This document shows positions 54,457 through 63,635 of a stretch of 64,000 nt of DNA, piece by piece (positions within the stretch are counted from its first letter, which is position 1; every line of letters starts with the position of its first letter). Both the position numbers and the translations under genes were made by a program. The stretch is from a virus. A model generated the notes under the pieces. That model was not told the DNA's origin. It searched no databases and saw only the letters and a program-made list of their open reading frames with translations. The stretch lies in the IMG/VR virus record IMGVR_UViG_3300044780_000058; one strand, given 5' to 3'.

Positions 54457-55059
54457 TCACGCGGGCGGGTCTTGCGGGTCTGGCGCGGAGTTCACGGGGT
54501 CCGCGGAGTCCACGGAGTCCACAGAGTTCGCGGGCGCGTCGCCTGGCGCGGGCTCCGCGGTGGCCTCGACCACCTCAGCCACCAGCGGCGGCCGCTTCAG
54601 GGCTTTGGCATACAGCCCGCGCAGGTCGCGCATCAGCCGCTCCCGGTCGGGTGGTTCGGCCGGCGCCGGGCGCAGCTTGGGGTCGGTGGCGTCGGCAAAA
54701 GCGGCGAGCCAGCTGGCAGCCGCGAACGCGACCTGGGCCTCGGGATGGCGGCTCAGTCGGAGCATGATCGCAACCGCGTGCTCGCGCAATTGCTGCGGAT
54801 CACGGGCCGCCGCGCAGGGCTCGAGGATCACGGGCTGCAGCAGCGGGTCCGCCATCAGGCGGGCGAGTTCTTTCTGGACGGCTTTGGACTTGGCCGATCG
54901 GCCGGCCGCGGTGGATAGCGACTGGGCGTTCATCTTCACGTTCGGGTGGGCCGCCCGATAGGCCTTGGCCTGGGGCTGGCCCAGCGCCAGATGCTGCGCG
55001 AACAGGCGCTGCTGCACGGTCGGCGGCTGCTGAGTGGCCTTGGGAGCGGCTCGGGACAT
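54457..55059 (-). CDS. Terminase small subunit-like protein
   Basis: QRLFAQHLALGQPQAKAYRAAHP..AAGRSAKSKAVQKEL HTH typical of TerS N-termini; acidic tail. Confidence 0.6.
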   Translation of the reverse strand: MSRAAPKATQQPPTVQQRLFAQHLALGQPQAKAYRAAHPNVKMNAQSLSTAAGRSAKSKAVQKELARLMADPLLQPVILEPCAAARDPQQLREHAVAIMLRLSRHPEAQVAFAAASWLAAFADATDPKLRPAPAEPPDRERLMRDLRGLYAKALKRPPLVAEVVEATAEPAPGDAPANSVDSVDSADPVNSAPDPQDPPA

Positions 55060-55369
55060 GCGCCCAGGGTGCCAGAAAACACAGGGGAAAAGCCAGCGAA
55101 TTTGGGGTGGCGAGGTTGAACTGGCCCCGATGTCCGCGCTCCTATGGCCATCCCACAGGAGCGCCGGCCGAGGGCGTCCTGCCAGGCCTCGGGCCGGTCC
55201 GCCGCCCGTGCCCGCGGCCGTGCCCGCCGGCTCCGCCCACCCCGACCAGGCGCGCCGGTCGGCAGCCCCAGACCCCTCGAGCGACACGTTGATTCCAGGG
55301 GATTTATCTTTCTTGCCAGAATGGGATAAGCGTTTTCGCACATTTTCCGCGGTTTTCGCGCGGGGCTCG

Positions 55370-55925
55370 CGCGCGGGGCGTACGGCGTAGGCCTCGGGGG
55401 TTCGGGGCCCGCGCGCAGGGCGTAGGGGTTGCTGTAGGCCCGCGGGGCGAAGGGGTAGGGCGTAGGGGGCCCCCCGGGGCAACGCGCCCGCGGCGAGCGC
55501 CTCGGCGCTAGTTCTCCCCCCACGAAAATCAACAACATACACCAGGCACAAGTGCAAAAGCTCAAAATTGAAATAAAAAATAACACATTTAGTCACCGGT
55601 GGTATTTAGCAATTAGACCTGGACATTGTGCAATTCTATGTCGTTGAAACAAAAGGATATTGCGCCAAGTCATCGTGATATCTCTGCAATTATTTATCCC
55701 TTTAGAATCAACAAAAATGTTCAAAAATTGCTCTGAGGGCCCCTTGGAAGACCCGGGGGGGTGTAGAAAGGTAGAAATCGGTAAAGCCTGCTATCTTATT
55801 TGTATGTATGTATGTATGTATATGATATATAAGGGAGTGCACAAAGACACCCAGATCCCCCTGGAGCCTCTCACTTCCGCCCACGCGGTTCTACACCCCC
55901 GCAGGGAACGGGGTCCTACAATCGT
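55370..55925. other. Putative replication origin/packaging region
   Basis: Non-coding; repeated GTAG cores, G-rich tract, AT-rich core, (TATG)n run, 12-bp inverted repeat GGGGGTGTAGAA (55757-55768)/TTCTACACCCCC (55889-55900). Confidence 0.55.
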
Positions 55926-55994
55926 TTGCCACCGACCAAAGCTGGGGCGCGATATATTTTAGTTGGAAAAAGCACCTAAATTTGAGGCGTACAC

Positions 55995-56309
55995 TCAGGC
56001 CTGGTGCTGGGCTGTGACGCGGGCCAGGGCGCGTTTGAGGTCGTCGAGCGAGCGGACGACCGCCACTATGGCACCGGCGGCGGCCCACTCTTGGAGCCGT
56101 AACTCCTGCAATGGCGTTGGGTTAGCTCCATGCTGCTTGAGCTCCAGCTCGAAATGTACTCCGCGCCACAGTCCCGTGATATCGGGGTCTCCGGCAACCG
56201 CTCCCGCGGTGCCCGGCCGCTTCCGAAATATAAGGCTGGAATCGGCAGCTCGGAGCAATTTTAGGTGGCGCAGGACGGAGGCCTGCAGATGGCGCTCGAG
56301 CGCTGGCAT
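55995..56309 (-). CDS. VRR-NUC domain nuclease
   Basis: LERHLQ..G..GDPDI..G..FELELKQ..GANPTPLQ..W..AG..V.VVRS.DD. Confidence 0.85.
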   Translation of the reverse strand: MPALERHLQASVLRHLKLLRAADSSLIFRKRPGTAGAVAGDPDITGLWRGVHFELELKQHGANPTPLQELRLQEWAAAGAIVAVVRSLDDLKRALARVTAQHQA

Positions 56310-56312
56310 TTG

Positions 56313-56984
56313 TCAGGGCTCCAGCAGGCCGCTGGCGTCGCAGGGAATGACCAGAAAGCCCTCGGCTTCGAGGATCGCGCGCGCGTTCTCGCGGGCGGGG
56401 GTGACCAGGGCCAGGTGGCACGATGGGCTCCGCTGGCCCAGGGGCCGCGCCAGCTCGGCCTCGTACAGGCGCATCTCCCGTAAGAGCGCGGTGAGCGGAG
56501 GCAGGCTCAGCTTGATCTTGAAGTAGTATTCGTGGTGAACGGTCGAGATGTCCCGGTAGACGGCGGGGTTTCGGTGCGGGGTGACACGTCGGATACACAC
56601 ATGGAAACCGGGCTTGTCCCACTCGGTGCGCACATAAAGGTCGATGAAGCCGGCCGCGCCGCGGCCGACGGGCCGCTGGGCCTGCTGCTGGACGATGCGC
56701 TCGGGCGGGGCCGGAAAGGGCTCTACGGGATTGCGCAGTTGGTTTTCAATAGAGTGCAGGTCCTCCCGCACTTGCACGAGTTCGCCCGACCTGTTGTCGT
56801 CCGCGACGAGCTGTCGTTCTTTTTCGCGCAGGGATGCGGCGGCCTCGGTGAGCCTGTCGCGGAATTCCGGCCAGAGATCGACGGGTAGCCGGCGCGCCCG
56901 CATCCAGTCGATGACGGTGAGCGCGTTGGCTCTCAGCCAGATGAGCATCTGGTCGTGTTCCGGGGGGATGCTTTCTTTTCTCAC
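56313..56984 (-). CDS. Hypothetical protein, degenerate PD-(D/E)XK-like C-terminus
   Basis: GFIDL..YFKIK..LLREMRLY. Confidence 0.5.
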   Translation of the reverse strand: MRKESIPPEHDQMLIWLRANALTVIDWMRARRLPVDLWPEFRDRLTEAAASLREKERQLVADDNRSGELVQVREDLHSIENQLRNPVEPFPAPPERIVQQQAQRPVGRGAAGFIDLYVRTEWDKPGFHVCIRRVTPHRNPAVYRDISTVHHEYYFKIKLSLPPLTALLREMRLYEAELARPLGQRSPSCHLALVTPARENARAILEAEGFLVIPCDASGLLEP

Positions 56985-58867
56985 AGGTTCATCCTCGCAA
57001 TGCTCGGATCCCAGTCCCAGCCGCTCTCTTTTTTGCCACCCTCGGTCGTGACGGCGTCGGTCTTTTTCAGGATGCCGGCTCGGGTCAGCTTGCGCAGGTA
57101 GTTGTAGCCGGTGCTGGTGGCCCAGCCGGTTTTGCTGGTGACATCCTTGATCGTGAAAGCCACGCCGCGGAACTGGTCGTGCAATAGTTTGAGCTCCGGG
57201 TAGAGCGAAGCTACGGGCCCCTCGTAGATCAGGTCGAAATCGAGCGAAGCCTCGCGGAAGCGCAGCACCATGGTCTTGCCGGCCAGGTGGCGGCCGCGGA
57301 TCTGCACCAGGCGCGCTCCGTCGCCTTCATCCAGGTCGTCGAAGCGGGACAGGCGGATCAGGGTGTCGACCGCGGCACCGACGGCGAAAGAACCGGCCGT
57401 GCGGCTCGACCAGTCCAGATGGGCCGAGCTCTTACTGTCATGGTGAATTAGGACGATGGCGATACGGAGCTCACTGGCTAGGTCGGCCAGCAGCGTCATC
57501 TCGTGCGCCTCGAGCTTAACCACGTCTTGGCCCGAGCGCAGGCCGCGCAGGGCGGTGTAGCTATCGAGCACGACTACGCCGATCGAGTACTGCTCGATCT
57601 GTGCTTTGAGCCAGGGCAAGAAGAGCGGGTCGCTGAGGGTCAGCATCGGCTTGGGACGGGAGCAGAAATAGAGGGGCCCCTCGTCGACAGCGGGCTGGTT
57701 GTCGCGCCCGGGGTAGCGCTCTACAAATGCTTTGAGGGCCGCATCGCCCTGTGGGTCGTCCCACTCGAGAATCAGCACGCCGAGCTGTTTGGTGGTCGAG
57801 AAGTAATCGAACAGGGGGCGTCGGCTAGCTACGGAGAAGGCCAGCTGTACGCTGAAGATGGTTTTGCCTGCCTTAGGCGCGGCCGAGACCAGCGTCAGCC
57901 CGGGCGAGAGCAGGATACCGTCGACGATGGGCTCGGATATAGGTAGGATGCGGTTCCGTAGTTCTTTTAGTTTTTCGGGAGTCGGCAGCACGACGCGCGG
58001 CCGTTCGGCCGTACGGGAGCGGTCTCCCCGCTCGAGACCCAGCCACTCCACGAGGCGCCCGAAGACGCGGCTGTCCAGCATCTCTTCCAGTTTGCCCAGC
58101 CCGGTGATCTCGTGACCGTCGTCGTAGCGCTGGTAGGTGGACTCGGCCTCCTTCTCGGCGGCGCCAAAGGCGGCCTGCGGCCCCCACAGCACGCGGTAGA
58201 TCGCTCGCAGCATTTTTCGGGCATGCTCCAGCGGCCACTTGGCGTGGGCCAGCGCGCCCGCAATCGCCAAAAAGAAATCGTGGCGGGCGCCGGCGGCGGG
58301 GGCGTGCCGGGCGAGCATGGCGCAGGCGGCGATGCGGTGGGCGGAGGTGATCAGGTCGGCGCGAGCGACGACCGAAGGCGCTCCTGCCCCCCGGTAATCG
58401 AACTCGATCGCCTCGCCCGTCTCGGCATGGGTCGAGGGCGGCACCACGGTCTGCATGCCGATCGATCCGTCTCGCTTGAGTGAGCGCAGCTCGAGCAGCG
58501 TGCCCTTTTGCTCGGTGGCGGCCGCGGGGTCGGTCAGACGCTCACTGAGCAGCTCGCCTTCAGTGACGATGTAGAACCAGTGACTGCGCGGCTTCGAGCG
58601 GCGACCAAACACCATGTTGGTTGGGAGTGCGAACTGCGGCGCGACCACGAGCGTCTCGGGGGCGTCGAGGTCGAGGTCAGTCAGGCCGCCCGGGCCGAGC
58701 ACGGCCCCGATATTCTGCCTGTCGCCGTTGAAATAGCGCGCGAAATCCTCGCGCGCTATTTCCAGGTGGGGCCAGTCTTCGATCACTGGCCGCTTGGAGC
58801 GATAAGGCAGCGGGATAACCCGGATGTTGAGGTCGTGATAGTGATGGGCGGCCTCGAGTGTCGTCAT
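56981..58867 (-). CDS. Bifunctional primase-polymerase fused to AAA_25/RepA-type helicase
   Basis: VIPL..SKRP..W, NIG, DLDLD, QTVVPPSTH; AAPKAGKT Walker A, VVLDS, LIHH. Confidence 0.85.
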   Translation of the reverse strand: MTTLEAAHHYHDLNIRVIPLPYRSKRPVIEDWPHLEIAREDFARYFNGDRQNIGAVLGPGGLTDLDLDAPETLVVAPQFALPTNMVFGRRSKPRSHWFYIVTEGELLSERLTDPAAATEQKGTLLELRSLKRDGSIGMQTVVPPSTHAETGEAIEFDYRGAGAPSVVARADLITSAHRIAACAMLARHAPAAGARHDFFLAIAGALAHAKWPLEHARKMLRAIYRVLWGPQAAFGAAEKEAESTYQRYDDGHEITGLGKLEEMLDSRVFGRLVEWLGLERGDRSRTAERPRVVLPTPEKLKELRNRILPISEPIVDGILLSPGLTLVSAAPKAGKTIFSVQLAFSVASRRPLFDYFSTTKQLGVLILEWDDPQGDAALKAFVERYPGRDNQPAVDEGPLYFCSRPKPMLTLSDPLFLPWLKAQIEQYSIGVVVLDSYTALRGLRSGQDVVKLEAHEMTLLADLASELRIAIVLIHHDSKSSAHLDWSSRTAGSFAVGAAVDTLIRLSRFDDLDEGDGARLVQIRGRHLAGKTMVLRFREASLDFDLIYEGPVASLYPELKLLHDQFRGVAFTIKDVTSKTGWATSTGYNYLRKLTRAGILKKTDAVTTEGGKKESGWDWDPSIARMNL

Positions 58868-59649
58868 TCGGAATAGGGTTCAGGCTCCTCGCTCGCGACG
58901 ACTTCGTAGCTGGTAGCATCCACCACCGCCGGCTTGAGCAGGGCCTTCATCATGCGGTGGTAGGGCTCGAAAGTTTTCTGGGCCAGCGGGTCGAGTGGCT
59001 TGCCCTTCTTGAACACGATGCGGCCGTAGGCGACGCCGCCGGCTGATTGGGCTCGCTCGACTGAGAGCCGGGTGGTCGCGGCCGCCAGCGCGCTGCCCGA
59101 GGCTAAGAGCGAGAGCGTGTAGTGCTGCCAGGCTTTGCCTGAGGTGGGGGGCACGGTGAGCAGGTGCGGCAGCATGGAGCCGGGTAAGAGGAACAGCACC
59201 TGCTGCACCTGCTTGCAGGCCTGGCCGGGCCCGGGCGTGCCGTCGGCCGCGACCGCGGTGCCGAACTGCGAGTAGGGGCACACGGCGCACTCGCCGCCCG
59301 GGTCGCCGATGCCGACGAAACCGTCCGCAGAGGTGCAGTCGGGCGGCTTCTTGCCGCCACTCCCGCCGCCCGCCCCATAAGGCGTGCGCCAGAAAACCCG
59401 CGTGGTGCGGGCCGCGGTGACTACACCTTCAAGCTCACGCGGCGTCTCCTCGCCCGAGGCGGTCTCGACGCGAAAGGCCTGCACTCCGCCCGCCATCACG
59501 CGAATGCGCGGCAGGTTGAGTACAGAGAAGCTCTGGCCCATGACGTTCTCTTCAATCAGCGCCAGCACGTTCTGCATCTGTTGCTGCTCGAGCAGCGGGT
59601 AGTCAGCGTCCCCGCCGCGGATTACTTCCATGGATTGTTCTGTGCTCAT
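58864..59649 (-). CDS. Putative ssDNA-binding/annealing protein
   Basis: PPDCTSADG..GECAVCPYSQFGT..GQACKQ..TVPPTS; between helicase and primase genes. Confidence 0.55.
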   Translation of the reverse strand: MSTEQSMEVIRGGDADYPLLEQQQMQNVLALIEENVMGQSFSVLNLPRIRVMAGGVQAFRVETASGEETPRELEGVVTAARTTRVFWRTPYGAGGGSGGKKPPDCTSADGFVGIGDPGGECAVCPYSQFGTAVAADGTPGPGQACKQVQQVLFLLPGSMLPHLLTVPPTSGKAWQHYTLSLLASGSALAAATTRLSVERAQSAGGVAYGRIVFKKGKPLDPLAQKTFEPYHRMMKALLKPAVVDATSYEVVASEEPEPYSE

Positions 59650-59651
59650 CG

Positions 59652-60110
59652 TTATTTGGTCCTCTGTTTGGTGATTTGCAATCGATAGCTTGGCTTGACC
59701 ACGAGCACGCCCGTGAGCTCGGCCGGTAACAGCGGCGCGTCCTCGCCGACCAGCGCTTGGTGGTCCTCGAGCTCACGTACGTACGTCGTGAGAGAGCGGA
59801 CAGAATAGTTGGGCTTGACGAAGTGCGCCCACTCGGAGCCCGCCCGCTCGAGCGCGCTGCATACCTCTTCGCGGGTGACGCCCTCGGCTGGATACACCCA
59901 GGGGTCGCGATAAGGCGCCAGGCGGTAACCCCCGAGCTGGACCGACTGGTAGCCGCCCTCCCCCAGGTACTGGAGCAGCTGCGGCTCGAGCGAGCGCAGC
60001 TCGTTTTCCAATTCTTTGAGGCGTGCGGCCAGCTCGCGCTTCTCGAGTGTGAGCTGGACGAAATGACGGAAGCCGCGGTACTCCGGGCTATCCAGTTCCG
60101 GTGCGGGCAT
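59652..60110 (-). CDS. Conserved replication-region coiled-coil protein
   Basis: KRELAARLKELENEL..L; GAG RBS. Confidence 0.55.
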   Translation of the reverse strand: MPAPELDSPEYRGFRHFVQLTLEKRELAARLKELENELRSLEPQLLQYLGEGGYQSVQLGGYRLAPYRDPWVYPAEGVTREEVCSALERAGSEWAHFVKPNYSVRSLTTYVRELEDHQALVGEDAPLLPAELTGVLVVKPSYRLQITKQRTK

Positions 60111-61515
60111 GAGTGCTCCTCTGTTTGGTTTTGAGTTCGTCGAGTGTGGCCTGGATGAGCTCCTGGCGCGCCAGTACAGCGCGCAGGATGTACTCATCCA
60201 CGGAATTGCGGATCTGCAGGTGGTAAAAGACGCAGGGTCGCTGCTGCGGCGGACGGTGGATGCGGGCTCGCGACTGCAGGTAGTCCGCGAGGGAAAAGCC
60301 GATCGAGTAGTAGACCGCGATGCGCGCCCGCGTCAGGTCGATACCGACGCCGCCCGCCTGCATCTGCACCGCGAGCACGACGGGGTCGCGTTGGTCGCCG
60401 CGCTGCCAGCGCGCCAGGTCGTCGTTGTGCTCGCCCGAGAGTTCACCCGACCGACGCTCGAGTTGGGCAGCGGCGCGCCGGATGGCCGCGAGGTCACTGC
60501 GGAAGCGCGCGAAAACGACGACGGGCTCGTGTGGGTCGAGGTCCTCGAGAAAATCGGCGAGCAGCTGCTCCTTGGCGTGGTCGACGAGGTGGTCGCGCCC
60601 CTGCTCGTCCCGCACGGTGCCGCCCGTGATCTGCTCCAGGCGCAGCAGCCGCACCATGGCGTTGGCGGCTGAGACCGGGATGCCGGCGGCCTCGGTGGTG
60701 TGGATCCAGGCGACCATCTCCTCTTCCATCTCGCGGTAGAGGCGCTGGCCGGCCGGGTCGAGTGAAGTCGAGAGCACCTCGTCGAGCGCGGCCGGCAGGT
60801 CGAGCACGTCCTCGTTGACGCGGAAAGCCAGCTGGCGAAATTTGTCATGGAGCTGGTCGAGGTCCTTCCACTTCACGACCTGTTTGTTGAAGTAGCCGCC
60901 CATGACCGCATGCCGGCGCTTGAAGCTGCCGAAAGACGGGTCCAGAAAACCGGGCTGCAAGAAGCGGAACTGCGCCCAGATATCGGTGGGCTCGTGCGCC
61001 ATGGGGGTGCCGGTGAGCGCCAGCCGGTAGTGGGCGCGCAGCCCGAGCTGCGCGCACCAGCGCGAATTGCGGCCGCCAGGAGCCTTGACCCGGTGCGATT
61101 CATCGAGGATAACCAGGTCCCAAATTTGGTTGAGCGCCCAGCTGGCGAAAGGCTCTGTGCGCGCGGAGTCGTAATTGATAGCGATGACGACCGACTGGCC
61201 CCGCTCGAGAGCCAGGCGTGCCATGTCGGTTTTTCGCCTCACGTTGTGGCATCGCTCATCTAGCGGCAGAAACTCATAATCCCTGCTGGCGAAGCGGGCG
61301 AACTGACTACGCCAGACCTCTACTACCCGTAAGGGGCACACGATCAGGACGCGACGTGCACCCGCGTCGTCAGTCAGTTTGACGGCAACGCGCGACTTAC
61401 CCGAGCCCATGACCATGGCCAGCATGGCCCCGCGGCGGCCGCTTTTCCACAGCGCCCGGACGAATTCCACAGCTTGCACCTGGTGGGTCCAGAGCGGCTC
61501 TAGTACGGACGTCAC
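60088..61515 (-). CDS. SNF2-family helicase
   Basis: LWTHQ, MVMGSGKS, LDESH, LTGTP, GIDL, QSRARIHR. Confidence 0.9.
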   Translation of the reverse strand: MTSVLEPLWTHQVQAVEFVRALWKSGRRGAMLAMVMGSGKSRVAVKLTDDAGARRVLIVCPLRVVEVWRSQFARFASRDYEFLPLDERCHNVRRKTDMARLALERGQSVVIAINYDSARTEPFASWALNQIWDLVILDESHRVKAPGGRNSRWCAQLGLRAHYRLALTGTPMAHEPTDIWAQFRFLQPGFLDPSFGSFKRRHAVMGGYFNKQVVKWKDLDQLHDKFRQLAFRVNEDVLDLPAALDEVLSTSLDPAGQRLYREMEEEMVAWIHTTEAAGIPVSAANAMVRLLRLEQITGGTVRDEQGRDHLVDHAKEQLLADFLEDLDPHEPVVVFARFRSDLAAIRRAAAQLERRSGELSGEHNDDLARWQRGDQRDPVVLAVQMQAGGVGIDLTRARIAVYYSIGFSLADYLQSRARIHRPPQQRPCVFYHLQIRNSVDEYILRAVLARQELIQATLDELKTKQRSTHARTGTG

Positions 61516-61760
61516 CCCTGGCTCTCCCGCTTGGCCAGGACCTCCGCCAGGCTGATTTCCATCAATATTTCAAGGTCTTGCGGGCGCCGCGGGGGTTGGG
61601 GTACCCGCGCGTAATAGGCCAGGGTACGCAGGACCGTACCAAGTTTGTCCGGGGCCCGAAAGCGTTTACTTAGGTACTGCAGCCGCGGAAAACCTGTAGA
61701 TTTAATTTGATTTTGCTTTACACTAAAATTCGAATCTTTGGCTTTACCGTATTGCCACAT
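61512..61760 (-). CDS. Small hypothetical/regulatory protein
   Basis: 82 aa, divergent from RHH gene. Confidence 0.35.
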   Translation of the reverse strand: MWQYGKAKDSNFSVKQNQIKSTGFPRLQYLSKRFRAPDKLGTVLRTLAYYARVPQPPRRPQDLEILMEISLAEVLAKRESQG

Positions 61761-61906
61761 AGATTCAATCCGAGGCCGGGGGCTGGTCGCAACAGCTCCC
61801 GGTCATTAATTGAGTTGCAACAGACCACATGATTGTCGACCCACAGACGAATAGCAGTCAAGAGCTAAATTTGCATTTCGATTTAGCGGATAGCGGAGAG
61901 CACCGC

Positions 61907-62380
61907 ATGAAAAAACGGAGCAAGGGACCATCGGCCACGGGTGCTACACCGGGCAAGGAGGCCCTTGTCTTAAAGCGCAAAACCCGTCGTGGTCGCAAAA
62001 AAGAAAAGATCCAGATTAGTGTACGGATCGATAAAGCCTCCATGGATCTGGCATATGACACGGTCAAGGAAACTGGTATCCGCATCACAGATTTGCTCGA
62101 GCGGGGACTGATCCTGGCCATTCGAGAGACCAAGCAAGTGCCGCCCGGAGACCCTACTGGGCTGCGTTTCCTCTGGGAGCACGTGGGAGCCCTGCTCACG
62201 CGGCGCCTGGTCAATACCGTTGCCCTGCAGCACATTACCAACGTGCGCCCTTTGACTGGCCTGGAGAAGGCCTACCGCGATTTTTGGCTCCGGGGAATCG
62301 ATTCCCTGCCGGAATGGGAGGGCTATCAGGAAGCCCTGGCCAGCGCAGCCCCGGAGCGGGAGACGGCCGCGGCCTCGTAG
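61907..62380 (+). CDS. Ribbon-helix-helix regulator
   Basis: IQISVRIDKASMDL..TGIRITDLLERGL; GGAGAG RBS. Confidence 0.6.
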   Translation: MKKRSKGPSATGATPGKEALVLKRKTRRGRKKEKIQISVRIDKASMDLAYDTVKETGIRITDLLERGLILAIRETKQVPPGDPTGLRFLWEHVGALLTRRLVNTVALQHITNVRPLTGLEKAYRDFWLRGIDSLPEWEGYQEALASAAPERETAAAS

Positions 62381-62432
62381 CCACGCAATACAGAATCTTC
62401 CAGCCGGTTCAATTCGTATATAATCGCCACAA

Positions 62433-62588
62433 ATGCTGGCCAGACAACGGCGTGGCGAGAAAGTGCGCAAGACCCTCCATGAGTTCAAGGAGGGGACGCT
62501 CCACTCCGGCTCCGCTAAGGGGCCGGTAGTCAAAAACCGTAAGCAGGCCGTCGCGATCGCCCTGAATCAGGCGCGAAAGGCGAAGTAA
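62433..62588 (+). CDS. DUF6496-like small basic protein (not in ORF track)
   Basis: Hand-translated KVRKTLHEFKEGTLHSGS.KGPVVKNRKQAVAIALNQARKAK; TATAAT 8 nt upstream. Confidence 0.7.
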   Translation: MLARQRRGEKVRKTLHEFKEGTLHSGSAKGPVVKNRKQAVAIALNQARKAK

Positions 62589-63292
62589 TGGGCAGCGCGG
62601 CGCTCACCTGGCCCGTCTTCGACGTGGCGGAGCTGGCGGAAGAGGCGGCCGAGCAGGCCGGCATCGAATTTCGCTCGGGCTACGCCCTGCGCACGGCGCG
62701 CCGCTCGCTCGAGCTGTTGTCGATCGAGTGGGCCAACCGCGGCCTCAATCTGTGGACCATCGAAGGTCCGCTCACCATCAATCTGCAGCCGGACGTGTGG
62801 CAGTACGGTCTGCCCGAGGACACCGTCGACCTGGTCGAGCATGCGGTGCGCGCGTGGACCGGCGGAGTCGGCACCGGTACCTATACGGACCGGCCGCTCG
62901 GCCGCGTCACTATGTCCGAGTACGCGGCCATCCCCAACAAGACCACCCCGGGGCAACCCTCACTCATTCATATCCGCCGGCAGATCAAGCCGTACGTGCT
63001 GCTGTGGATGGTGCCCGACGACTTCAGCTCGCAGCTGGTCGCCTGGCGCCTGCGCCGCATGAAGTCGGTCGGCTCTGGCGGTGAGGGTGTGCCCGAGATC
63101 CCCTGGCGCTTTGTGCCGGCCATGACTGCAGGCCTGGCTTACTACCTCGCGCTCAAGTCGAAAGATCAGGCCGTCTTCGCACGTGCGCAGGTGCTCAAGG
63201 CTGTGTACGAGGAGCAGTTCCAGCTGGCCAGCGACGAGGATCGCGATCGGGCGACGTTCCGCTTTGTGCCAGGGGGCTACGAGAGCTTGTGA
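62588..63292 (+). CDS. Head-tail connector/tail tubular A-like protein
   Basis: DVAELAEEA..G..LRTARRSL.LL..EWANRGLNLWT, LTAGLAYYLA..ASDEDR. Confidence 0.7.
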   Translation: MGSAALTWPVFDVAELAEEAAEQAGIEFRSGYALRTARRSLELLSIEWANRGLNLWTIEGPLTINLQPDVWQYGLPEDTVDLVEHAVRAWTGGVGTGTYTDRPLGRVTMSEYAAIPNKTTPGQPSLIHIRRQIKPYVLLWMVPDDFSSQLVAWRLRRMKSVGSGGEGVPEIPWRFVPAMTAGLAYYLALKSKDQAVFARAQVLKAVYEEQFQLASDEDRDRATFRFVPGGYESL

Positions 63293-63293
63293 T

Positions 63294-63635
63294 ATGGCGC
63301 GGTCACAGACATTCGCGAGCGGCAAATACGCCTGGGGGCTATGTGATGTATGTGGTCAGCGCTATCGGCTGCGCACGCTCCGGGGGACCACGATACGCGG
63401 GCTATCGACGGGCACACTCGCTTGTCCTCGCTGTTGGGATGCGGACCACCCGCAGAATTCTTTGGATCGTTATGTCGTGGCCGATGCGCAGGCGCTACGC
63501 ATCGCACGACCGGACGCGGGCCTGGAGGAGTCGCGACGCCTCTACCCGCCGGGCAATTGGATTGATGGCAGGCCACCTACGCCGGCTGAACAGGCGGCGC
63601 TGATGGCGCAAAAAATCGAGGAGTGCGGATCATGA
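63294..63635 (+). CDS. Conserved zinc-binding virion-region protein
   Basis: FASGKYAWGLCDVCG..CPRCWD.DHPQ..RPD. Confidence 0.7.
   Translation: MARSQTFASGKYAWGLCDVCGQRYRLRTLRGTTIRGLSTGTLACPRCWDADHPQNSLDRYVVADAQALRIARPDAGLEESRRLYPPGNWIDGRPPTPAEQAALMAQKIEECGS

Noticed and set aside
54385-54530. Short tandem repeats CCCCGCGTG and GTCC(A/G)CGGA
   Set aside because: The second encodes the low-complexity TerS tail (SVDSVDSAD); the first is a short run without clear function
55060-55596. 179-aa N-terminal extension of the TerS-like ORF
   Set aside because: TTG-initiated open frame across the repeat-rich non-coding region; protein-like sequence begins at ATG 55059
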